A stretch of DNA of 64,000 nt from Pelomyxa schiedti (lineage: Eukaryota; Protista; Evosea). Below the pieces are notes generated by a model. That model was not told the origin of the DNA. It did no database searches and saw only the letters and a program-made list of their open reading frames with translations. Below are positions 13,201 to 27,500 of the stretch, piece after piece (the stretch's first letter is position 1; every line of letters starts with the position of its first letter). The DNA is taken from the NCBI GenBank assembly GCA_020536535.1, contig JAHLWZ010000819.1, positions 49,168-113,167 on the forward strand, in the 5' to 3' direction. The translations under genes were made by a program, and so were the position numbers.

Positions 13201-14190
13201 ATCAATTGTAACCTTTGTCAGGTAGTGGCAAGACCCAGTCTTAGGGGAATTCCTTGAGTCAGTTGAGGTTGATTGCTCAGTTTCACGCGGTGAGGGACTG
13301 GAAGAGCATGACTCACTCTCTGCCTTAGATGAGGCATCAAGTTCAGTGGGGCTTGTAGTACCATCTGCAGTGACAGGAAAGGTGGCAGGGGTGACAGGTT
13401 TACTTTGCATGCTAGGGTCAACGGAAGACGCCGAATCAGTTTCAACCTCCACCACAGTTTTCGCAGAACAAGCACTAGAAGCAGTGGCAGTGGCCGCAGT
13501 TGCAGTTGCCGCAGTTGAAGTTGTAGTATTAGAATTAGCAGTAGTACTAGAATTAGTAGCAGTGGAAACTGCTGAGGTAGACAACGCAGTAGATGAAGCA
13601 GAAGTCGAAGTTGAAGCAGAAGTAGAAGTAGAAGTAGAAGCAGAGGAGAAAGTGCGGCGAGGACGCCCAGGCCTCTCTATGTACTTGAGGGCGAACCTGT
13701 GGACGAGCTTCCTGGCCTCGGGGGGCACTGGTATGTCCTCCCTGTAGTACGCCCTGGTGACGCCCCTCTTGCGCCACCACCGCCGCAGCCGCACGCGGTT
13801 CCCCGCGATGAGCGGGCAGCACCCGCCGCCGCCCCCGCCGCCCGAGGACGAGCCGCTGGGCGCGAGCGAGGCGAAGGGCGCGGGGCTCACCAGGGTCCGC
13901 GTGATGCCGAGGGCCCCCAGGGCCCCCGGGGGCAGCCGCTCCGGCGAGGAGAAGGAGAAGGGGGCGTACAGCGAGGACGGGGGGAACAGCGGGGGTGGGA
14001 CGTAGGGCGACGAAGACGACGACGACGACGAGGAGGACGACGACGACGACGACGACGAGGAGGACGACGACGACGACGGCGGGGGCGCGGGAGGGGCAGG
14101 CGGTGGCACCGCGCGACGTCGATTATGGGAGGCGAAACGACGATGTGACCGCTGGTGTTGCTGCGAACCACCACCACCGTCCGCCTTCAT
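10251..14190 (-). CDS. Large protein with C-terminal MYND zinc finger and Ser/Thr/Pro-rich N-terminus
   Basis: ORF 13165-14190 splices in frame (..HYLTK|SVLQKLLRSG..) into ORF 12606-13127; last exons CSNCGKQVKCLLCGGCNSAPYCGKECQK|AHWPIHKLLCKRL* form a complete MYND finger; stop at 10251. Confidence 0.75.
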
Positions 14191-14353
14191 GTTTGCGGGT
14201 TTCTTCTTCTTCGTTTGGGTTTTTTTTTTGTTTTGTTTTGTTTTGTTTTTTTTTGCTTCGCTTGTACGGGAAGGAGAGACTTAGGAATGGATTCTGAAGT
14301 GGAGAACAGTAAGGGATGGTGACGCTCCGAATCTCGTATCGCCCATGATTGCA

Positions 14354-14463
14354 AAGTAGAATCGGCACCTGATTCTACTTCCCAACAGCCTGTCGAACCA
14401 TCTCTGTAGATTTCGGGGCGAACGTGGCCGAAATTCAGCTTCTCCATTTGGAAGACACGTGGC
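14354..14463. promoter_or_regulatory. Divergent MYND/BiP promoter with two ACGTGGC boxes and a 10-bp inverted repeat
   Basis: ACGTGGC at 14422-14428 and 14457-14463; AAGTAGAATC (14354-14363) is the reverse complement of GATTCTACTT (14371-14380). Function is inferred only. Confidence 0.4.
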
Positions 14464-14574
14464 TCCGGTGTTTAATATTCCCACCCGTGTCACTTTTTTC
14501 ATTTCTCACTGTATCTCGTTACACAATTACAAAAAAACCAAACAGAAAAACAACCTCAAGATCGGCCGGTGTGA

Positions 14575-16884
<2,310 letters not shown>

Positions 16885-17050
16885 GCGCACAGAGCTACGT
16901 GCAGTTTGTTGTGTCATTCGAATAAATAAAAATATGCATATCATGAACTAGCACGCTTTCTTTTGTTGTCACGGACCGTCTTTTTCGCCTCTTGTTGTGT
17001 GGAAAAAAAGAAAACATAAACGGAAAGGAAAGTGGGCTCAAATGTTTTCT

Positions 17051-18406
<1,356 letters not shown>

Positions 18407-18923
18407 TACTTGTCTATCGCAACGATCTTTTCAACGGCGGTTTGGGTGTCCAAGGGGAATGATGGGAGGGGTCTCGGTGTAGCCCGCAACGCAATAGTAG
18501 AACTTTTGGTTTTTCGGCTTTTCCAGAAAACGACTCGTTCTCGGGCCCTCCTGTGGATCTTTTCTATTCTGGCAAGTCGCTTGACAGTCTCTAGCACAGT
18601 TCGGTCTGGGAGAGCACATTGCGGATGTTATTTCGAGATCCATATTGCCTGTGTACAGGCCATAGGAATGCAAGATACACTTTTTGGGTTTTTACCAGAT
18701 TCCAGGGAAGTAGCTGAACGGGTGTGTACATTCGAGGTGTAAGTTGGTTACACTAACCGCCGAGTATTAGCCCCGACTGCGACTAATTTGATCAAAGTGG
18801 CAGGCATCATAACAAAGGAAAGAAATAGTCAATATTATTTTGTTCCTTCTTTTTTCCCTCAGATCCCCAAGAGCAAGTCACCAGGCAAGATCATAAACAA
18901 CAACAAAAAAAAACGCAAGCGAC

Positions 18924-21900
18924 ATGTCTGCGACAGGCAGTACTACGATAGGACCACAGCAACCAGCCACAACGACAACGGTTATTACTACTGGTTCGAG
19001 TGTTACCCCTCTACAAGGATCTTGTGCGATTTCCATCCCTGGATCTAACCTCATGTCTGCCTCGAGCATTCTTGGTGTTGTTGGTGGAGTGGGGAGTTTG
19101 TTGCCTACTGGTGGCAGTGGGACTGCAAGTGCGAATGCAAAAGTTATGCCACCTGGCGAAAAGGTTCTCTTTGGTGAGCACTGTCGATTCACTTTGGTCT
19201 TTTACTTATGATGGCAAATTCCCCCCCCAAAAAATAGACTTCTCTTGTGCCTACTTCAAGGCTGGTTTCATGCACCAAGGCCGCATGTATATGTCTGCTA
19301 ATTATGTGGGATTTCAGTCTTCTGTGTTCTCTACTGTATTTTCCTCACTTTTTCCCCCTCATCCTTAAGAGTGATGCAGACTCTTTTGATTGCCATCAAA
19401 GATATTGATTCTATAGCAAAAAGAAACACAGCGCTATTGTTCCCGAATGCTATTGAAATAACGGTTAAAGATCAAAAGCATTTCTTTTCTTCGTTCCTAC
19501 AACGGAATGATGCCTATACGAAGTTGAAGTCCCTAATTAAGGTTTCATTGGCACCTTATTGGTTATCTTCATGACGGATTTGTATTTAGGGAAAACCTCC
19601 TGGAGCTGTAGGGTCTTCAAGTGACTCCAGTGATGGCATTGTATGACCTTCCTCTTTGTTTTATCCTCTCACTCCTCACAGACTGAAGATGAAGAAGACC
19701 AAAGCGCGAAAGAAGATACACCTGAGGTATGTTCGCTCAATGACGTTCAAACGGATCCTAACTTAAAACGAAAAGAAAGCCAACGCAAAGACACATTCCC
19801 GATCGTTGTCAGAGTCCTCACCACCAGCAGCCCAGCTAACTGTAACAAGTCCTGCCATAAACCCAGCTCCTGCAGTCCCTCCAGTTATAGCTCCTTTGAA
19901 TTCCATACCCCAAACACCACAACCAGGACCTGTCCCAATCCCCACAGCAGCAGTCCCAACTTCTGCTGGAGCTGCAGCTCCTATTATCACTGTACCAGTA
20001 CCATCTTCACCGAAACCTACTCCCCTACAACCACCTGTGCCTTCCACTCCAGCCAGTGTAACCCCTGCTCCCCCGTCTTCTCCGACGTTTGCACCTCTAC
20101 AGACACCTCAATCTATTCCCGATTTACCACCGGTGGAGATACCTCGATTAAATGGTGATACATAGGGCCCAATTCATACAACTAATATTACAAATAAACT
20201 CAAAGCTCTTTACGTCTTCTAACTTCAAAAAGGTATAGATATAAGTGGGGCTTGCCCCCATTCGAAATACCGAGAATGGTACACCAACACATATGCCTCC
20301 TGTTTAGAGGACCACCTACCAATTCCCGTCTCCCAAGTATGGCCAATTCTTTTAGCCCAAGGCTGTACTTTTTGGACAACAACTCTGGAGCAGAGCAATA
20401 ACACTGGTGAATTTCTTGCTTTGGGTAGCCTTCCCTAACATTTCTAGAAATACAAATAAGTCCTTGGGTCCGTCATGCTGATGGCTGTTGTAACTCCCGC
20501 TCACTCGATTTCATCACTCCAATCACAAGCAAGCTTACAACAAAAAAACAGGCACCAGTTCATCAAGATCAGATTTGCACCTTCGAAGATGGGTATGCTC
20601 TACGATAGTGTAGAGAAAACGCTCTAATATTTATTTGAAGAGTTTTATCTTTGGAGACAGTTGCGGCCTCACGGGACGTCCCATATGTTGATTGCTTCTT
20701 AGTGCAAAGCTTGGTGCGATTTCTTCCAGCTGACGATGGAGGCTGTGATGTATTTATATATTGTCATATAAATTTTATTAAAAACATGTTCTTTGGTGTT
20801 AAAGGCAAGCATTTCTATTTTCTCCTTTTATCTCACTTTGTTAAGGTCTTGCTGAAAGAACTGCAATTGGTCAATCAAAGGAGTTCTATATAGTATGGAT
20901 GAAGTGTGCCTTGGAGGTAGTACAAACCCACCTGGCCAACCGAGCTTCTTCCAAGGGATTCATCGGGCAAACATCAGTGCTCACTCCTCAGAGTGATAGT
21001 TCAAATGTAGCAGCCGGTGGTGCCCTTCCTGAAATTACTGCAAACCAATCGCAGGGAGCCAATGCGGATCACGCAGATGTAATTGCAGCAACCGCTTGGC
21101 AAGGTCATACAGCGCAACAGCAGCCAGAATTGCGTACTGAACGAACACCCCAAATTGAACCATGGAGGCCAACAGCACCTCCCTCCATCCATCCTGTTTC
21201 AGAAAGTGCCAATGTGCACCACACAAGCTCCCCAGCCGTCAGTACTGCGAGTAGGGTTGGGGGGATTTCAAGACCCTCTAGAACTTCTCCTGGAGCACAG
21301 AAGCCTGAAGAAGGCGGGCTTCTTTCTACGGCAATGAGCTTATTCAATGGTGGAGGAAATTTGATGGTGCCGCGGAACCTAATCATTGCTATCACCCTTA
21401 TGTTTTTATGCTTGATACTTATTTTACATAACAAGGTTTTCCTACTTAATAATGAACCAACTCAATACCCACCCATCAATAGATATCAAACCAAGAGCAT
21501 CAACTTGGATTGATGGCGGAAGCATCTGCACGAACTGACCAAGGTGTTGCACTTGTCAGTGCCTTTTTGGTGTCAATGCAAAACAATGCAAGTTGGAGCA
21601 CGAAGTACTATGAATTTCGAGAGTGGAACAACAGACTACAGTTGGTGCGCTTTCAGTACCCCAAAGGAAAGAAACTTACTTGTTTCATAGGCACAGGAGT
21701 CACTCAAAAGGACCGAACTCCTTTTGAATGAACTGATGGATGAGCTGCACCAGAACTCATTTTTTACAGACTTGGCAGAAACCATACCGTTTTCATCCAT
21801 TCCCTCCTCCAAGACACTACCCCCAAGCCCACGTCACTATGAAGAGGAGCCTTCAGTCTTTGGCTCCCGGCTACTGGTGGTGTGTGTGTTTGTAATTGTT

Positions 21901-21966
21901 GTTGCCCTTGCCTACACAGTTGCCCGGTCTGTACAGAGCAACAAGACCAGCAACAAATCATCATGA
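18924..21966 (+). CDS. GRAM + VASt (StARkin) sterol-transfer protein, Lam/Ltc/GRAMD1-like
   Basis: GRAM: DFSCAY...HQGRMYMSANYVGFQS, KRNTALLFPNAIEI...FFSSFLQRNDAY; VASt: SRDVPYVDCFLVQSLVRF; Pro-rich linker; hydrophobic helices LIIAITLMFLCLILIL and LLVVCVFVIVVALAYTV. Confidence 0.88.
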
Positions 21967-22165
21967 CTCTTAGTATGTGCATAGATAGTATCAGCAAACA
22001 CAGCAAGTGACTTTGCACCACAATTTTTGAGATAAGAATAATTGTAGTTTGTGTGTTTTCTCCTTTTCTCCCACCAGAATTATAATCAACACTTGTTGGC
22101 CCTTGGAAAAAGAAAAAGAAAAGAAACCCAACAAACAACAACGAAACGAAAAACCCGAAGCTACG

Positions 22166-25100
22166 ATGGCTAATTTCAAGCAGCCGGCGCAATGGCGTGA
22201 CTTGCACAAGTTGTTCTTCAATGAACAGCTCATCGATGCCCACGGAGACCCCATTGTGGACATCAAGCTGAACCACTTCGTATTCCCCATGTCGACCCCA
22301 ACGCCTAGTGCCACAGCCACAGCAACAACAACAGCGTCGACCACTACCGCCACTTCTGGGTCAGGGACGGAGAAACCTAGCGAAGTTGACTTCCACGCGT
22401 ACACGATTTCGGCGGCGCTGGTCAATGGCCAGACGGGGCTTCGTGCCAAGAAGCAGTTCGGCCCCGACGACATCACGTACGACAGGCACCCCAAGCTGCG
22501 GGCGCTCGTTCCCCGCTGCTACACAGTCGTCTGCACCGCCCACCAGCCCACAGCCGACGAGGAAACTGAATCCCCAGCACCAACAGCAACGGCAACAGCA
22601 ACAGCGGCGGCGGCGGCGGCGACTACGACGGCAGAAACAGAGGCAGCAAGTGCAAGCAGCAGCGCTGCTGAGGGAGAGGGGGACGGGCTCGGGGGGCTCG
22701 CTGAGAGCGCTGCGGAGGACGCCAAGGCCGCACCGAAAAGGCGTCCGGGTCTGAAGTTCACTATTGTGGGAGAGATCAAGGGCATGCCAAAGTTCACTGG
22801 GCTAAATACTGATGAGGAGGGTGAGTGATGATATTCTATCCCCACATTGGTGTTGTGGAGTATGGAGGCAAGGAGACACAGAGGAGTGGGAAAAACAAAA
22901 TCCTAAAGATTTCCTCTGTCTCTGGCTTCTGTTTGTTTTCTTTGTTGTAACCCTGCTCATTTAATGCTGCTTCATGATCAATTTATTCATATTCTTTGGT
23001 TCCTTATCTCTTTATTCCCTCAGATGAAAGCACTTCCCCGAACCAGCACAGCGAGGAGCATATGTGCAACCGTGGTCTCATTAACCAAGCCTCACATTTC
23101 CTTGTTACAACAAAGGCAAATGGCAAATCTGCTGTGCTTACAGCATTCAAGTTTGAATCAAAGTTGTTTTACATTCTAGGATCTAAGAACACTCACTCGA
23201 TATTGGATGCGACAGATCTTAGTACCCTTGTTGACCAAGTGAAGCTCTTTTCTCACTAACATCCTGTTCATCTATTATAGATTCCAGACAAGCATCCCCT
23301 TGTAAAGGGAATTGCAGTGGTTATCCAGAATCACCTTCTTCAAGTAAAAAACCTCAACAAACTGGAGGTAATAGACAACACCATAAAAATTCATTCAACA
23401 CCAAGTTCAGGAACTGCATGACATTCTGCTAACACATACTCTGTGTGGAGAGTACGAAGACGGTGAACACATTGTCCCTCGTGAAGAACCTCCAAGTGAG
23501 TTGCGCAAATACCATCCCCCTTTTAACGTCTCTGCATGGGAAAAAAAGCCATCAGTTGGTTTGCCCTTTTACCAAAGCGTGGAGAAATGCCTGGAGCTTC
23601 CACTGACAGGTAGAGTTATTGATGTTGTCTTGGTAACAGAGTTACAGGTGCGCTGCCCTCAAGCGTATACAGGGATTTGGGCTGCCTACTGTAGAGTTTG
23701 CACTTCACCCTAAATCAGATCTCGTACAAGAATTTGTAAGACTGAGACGCACACCACACATGGAAGGAGCTGTATGTTAACCAGTCAAATTCTTCTATCC
23801 TTATCTTGATCAGGTTATAGATTTCATGGATCAACAAAAAGATGGAACCTTTACAGTCGTAGAGACGGTGAAATTCAAGAGTGTTTGGTTTGTCATCAGC
23901 ATCTTTTTCTGTTGATACATTGAATTGTTAGGTATATACTCACTAGATGTGTTCGTGAAATTATGAGGGGGGCACTTTCAGTGAAGCGTATTGAGGTTCC
24001 ATGGTACCATAATTTTTCTAATTGCTTAGCCATAAGACTAGGGAATGAGCAATGAGGAACGCATATCTGTCACTATGCAGCGAGTTACAAAGACTCTCCA
24101 CACGAGATCAAGAGACTTCTTACACTTATCAGTAAGCCGCACTAAGTTTGTATCGTTTCCCTTAATCATCACAGCCACCTACTTTAGCTGCGTATGAGGC
24201 GCTTTATAAAAAATTCATCAACTGGTATGTGGGAAAAGGGTACACTGGGCTTGAAATTAACACCAAAGGCAAGAAAAACAATAATATTGAGCGTACTTAC
24301 ACTTTTTTTAAAAAAGGTATGGCTGTAATGTGGACATCCTTCCTGAAGGTTTGCACCCTTTTTTGAAAAAAAAAAAAAAACCAATCTGGTCTGCTTAGGA
24401 GACACACACATCTGATGTCATAGACGAAACTGAGGTTTGTTACTCTCACCTTTTTTTTTGGGTCAATGTTTTTGAAAGGTTGACGCCAACGCTTTTGAAA
24501 ATGATCTTTCCACCACAAAACCTGCCTCCCCAAATACTACTTCAACCAAACCAAGTGAGCCAGCTCCCCCTACAAAGTCATCAGTCGAGCCACATGCAAG
24601 TGCTAAAACAAAAGTAACACCGGAATCCTCAGCAGCAATATCCACTTCCAGTAGCTCGGCTGCCGAAACAGAAACAGCAAGTCCCACTTTCGTGGAGGAT
24701 TCTTTACCAAGATTGCTTGTTACCACACATGGAGTTCCAGGCAATTACCTGTTAACTGCTTTATAACCCGTTTATAACACGTACATCATTCAGCTGATGG
24801 AAAAACTACTCGTGGTACACTGATCGTGGACATGCTAAATAAGCGTGGAATACGTTCCGTTCTGATCGAACAAGACCAGTATGGTGGTGATGGTGCCCAG
24901 ACTTTGAAAGTTTTTACTAGTTTCGCATCGAATCCCTCATATAAAGTAATCTTTCACTTCCTCCACTCACACCAAGACGGATTGTAGGTCATATTCCTTT
25001 CGCGTTGCAATAGCTGTAGGAAACAATATTTCAAGTACTTAGGTACAGAAGGGGTTGAGGTACCAATACTTTTTAACTCAAAAAAAATAGAGGTAGCGAG

Positions 25101-26394
25101 ATCCAAGGGATTGTCTGTTGTTGGCATAATGGCACAAGAAATTATGTCCGAAAAATTACTCCTTGTGAGTATGATGTTTCTCCATTACAATTTCTCACGG
25201 CGTTTAGGTGTGCATGTCCTCGATTCTGACACGTCAAAACCATGGAACAATGAATGCAAGTGACGCAAACTCACTAGCCAAGTAATTTTATTCTTGTGAC
25301 GGATGCCTAATTAAATATTACACATCAGCTACATCATGGTTCTTCTATCGTTTCGTACTGTCTTTGAAACACCAAAAGTGGGCACAGACGTCGACGTTCT
25401 CCACACTTTCAAAGCACTCAATGACTTTGATGTTGACAAAAGTGTACTGGACTTTGTTAAAGGTTATCTTGCTGAAGTCAAGCGAACACCATGGAAGGCA
25501 ACACCCAAACCCCTGGATGTAGTTAAGCAAAAAACAAGTAGGTACCCCTAATAGACTCCTTTCTTTGTTAACACCATTCAATTGGCAGTGATGGGCAGTA
25601 TCAACTACCAAGATCACCGAGTTGTTCTCGAGGAATTGTGCTCGCTACTTGTTGAACAGCTCATTGCTGATAGAGAGTCCCTTCCTTCCACCAGTAAGGT
25701 TGCTGCACCTGCTCCAACAAATTCTTCGAACACCAGAACTATGTGTAAGATGACTTTGGTGTGTGCTTTTATTTTCTAACTTGAGGACAGATTTTGCTGT
25801 AAAGGTACCAGAAGTGGAAAGAAATAAGTTGAGAGAGCTCTGCGAAACTCATGCTGCAGCACACTCTGTCTCACTATCAAATAGTGTAATTCCCTTTCCA
25901 TATTTCCTTTTTGGAGTGAAGTAACATTCCCAAGGTATGGAATGGAGAGCATCTCACTCTTCTTCATCGAAGCTCTTCAGGAACATGTTCCATCCCTTGG
26001 AACTCATTTGTTAATGCCGCAAGTTCTGCCGTTAGGCTAACAGTGCAAGTTCACACCATTGTCCTGGAGCCAAGTGGAGTTGTTGGAATGAAGGCAACAG
26101 TCAAGCACTCCGAACCAAGTGCGAAATGCTTTGGAAGCACCGGCGATGCCGCCGATGCCACTGAACTTGTTGCTTCCGGAATTCCTCACATTACCGGGTA
26201 TGTTTCACATATTTCTTTCACTGTTTTGTTTTGTTTTGTTTTTCTCACTAGAAACTTTTTACAGGTTTCTTCCAAAGGGAGTGAAGCCCTTCCAAACAGT
26301 AGAATACATCAGAAAGGCCAATCCTGCCCTCGTTTTTGCCCTCCCACCTTCACAGGTTGTTACCTTCACGGCCAAAGTTACTGCTTGCTCCTGA
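22166..26394 (+). CDS. TRL1: Trl1-like trifunctional RNA/tRNA ligase (adenylyltransferase + polynucleotide kinase + 2',3'-cyclic phosphodiesterase)
   Basis: Ligase motifs TTKANG (K at 23113), GSKNTH, CGEYEDGEHIV, ISWF, MEGA|VIDF, VKFKSVW|YILTRCVRE; Walker A GVP|ADGKTT (24731-24810); two 2H motifs HLT (25950-25958) and HIT (26187-26195); stop 26392-26394. Confidence 0.82.
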
Positions 26395-26706
26395 TCCACA
26401 TTTACCCTGCTGGGCCAAGTGAATTTCAATGACGCCATCCATAAATGTTTCTGGTTTTTACAACACAACTTCTGTGTGGGCGAAAAATTTTGTCAGTATA
26501 ATTTACAGGAAAAAGGATTCCGGCTGTTCCGGCAGTCCTAATGAGTACAAGATCACGTTCACTATTCCTAGTTGGTAACGTGGCGTAGGGCCAGATTTAG
26601 AAAAACAAATCCCCAGTAATCACAATAAAGACCAACTTTTCAGATGGTCTGGCTTTATAAACCACAAACCAATAGCGCTAACTCTTGAAATTAAACAACC
26701 AGTGAA

Positions 26707-27318
26707 ATGTCTCTCTACACACTTAAAGTTGTGCGAGCCTCCAAATTGCGCGCCATGGACGCAAATGGATTCTCTGACCCGTATGCGATGCACTCACTAC
26801 CTTGTGTTCTTCAACCACCTTACCTAAGACTCTTTCTAGGTTTGTGGAGGTACCCACATTCAAAGGAAAGAACAAATGCACCAAGGTCGTGCAGCGCAAC
26901 TTGAATCCAGTGTGGAATGGTAATTGGACCCTCCCCCTCCTCCTCCTTGTTGTTTTCATTTCTCGCATTTCACTCCGCACAAGTCACGCCGTTCTGAAAT
27001 AATCCCAACACAGAGGTATTCCTCGTCAAAGGACCACTTGTACAGTGCGGCGTGTACGACGAGGACCTGGTGTTAGAAAACGACCTCATCGGATATGCCA
27101 ACCTGGACCTTCCATCGCTCGCGGACGGCAAGGAGCACGACATCAGGCTCGTCGGGCCCGACAGCAAGAGGACCATCGACGGCAAGCTCATTGGGCACCT
27201 CTTCGTGGTCGTCGTCAGCGGAGACGCACTGCCGGCAGAGGCAAAAAAGGAAGGTTCCGTACTTGGGAGCATTCTGGGCGGCGGTGCTATCAGTGCTGCG
27301 CTGTCTAGCAGGAATTAG
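26707..27318 (+). CDS. Small C2-domain protein
   Basis: LKVVRASKLRAMDANGFSDP|FVEV...TKVVQRNLNPVWN...VYDEDLVLENDLIGYANLDL. Confidence 0.88.
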
Positions 27319-27500
27319 CCGGAGCTAAGCTAGATGGAACTACTACGGCCTGGGATGGATAGGCAATTACATGAAGCTCCTCTAGTTACTACTTACACAG
27401 AGGGCTGGGAATTTCTCTGCCCTATGTGTAGTTAACATCCCCCCAAGTTGCAGTTGTGACTTGCAGAAAGGGGGGGTGTTAACGTAAAGTAATTGTAAAA

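Noticed and set aside
13346-14297. Several + strand ORFs (poly-T/R/E/V) over the MYND first exon
   Set aside because: They arise from GC-rich trinucleotide repeats that lack stops; the - strand frame splices into the MYND gene.
18431-18742. Short ORFs in the deaminase/GRAM divergent intergenic region, including a CxxxCxxxC pattern
   Set aside because: No recognisable domain or splice support; the region is best explained as a bidirectional promoter and UTR.
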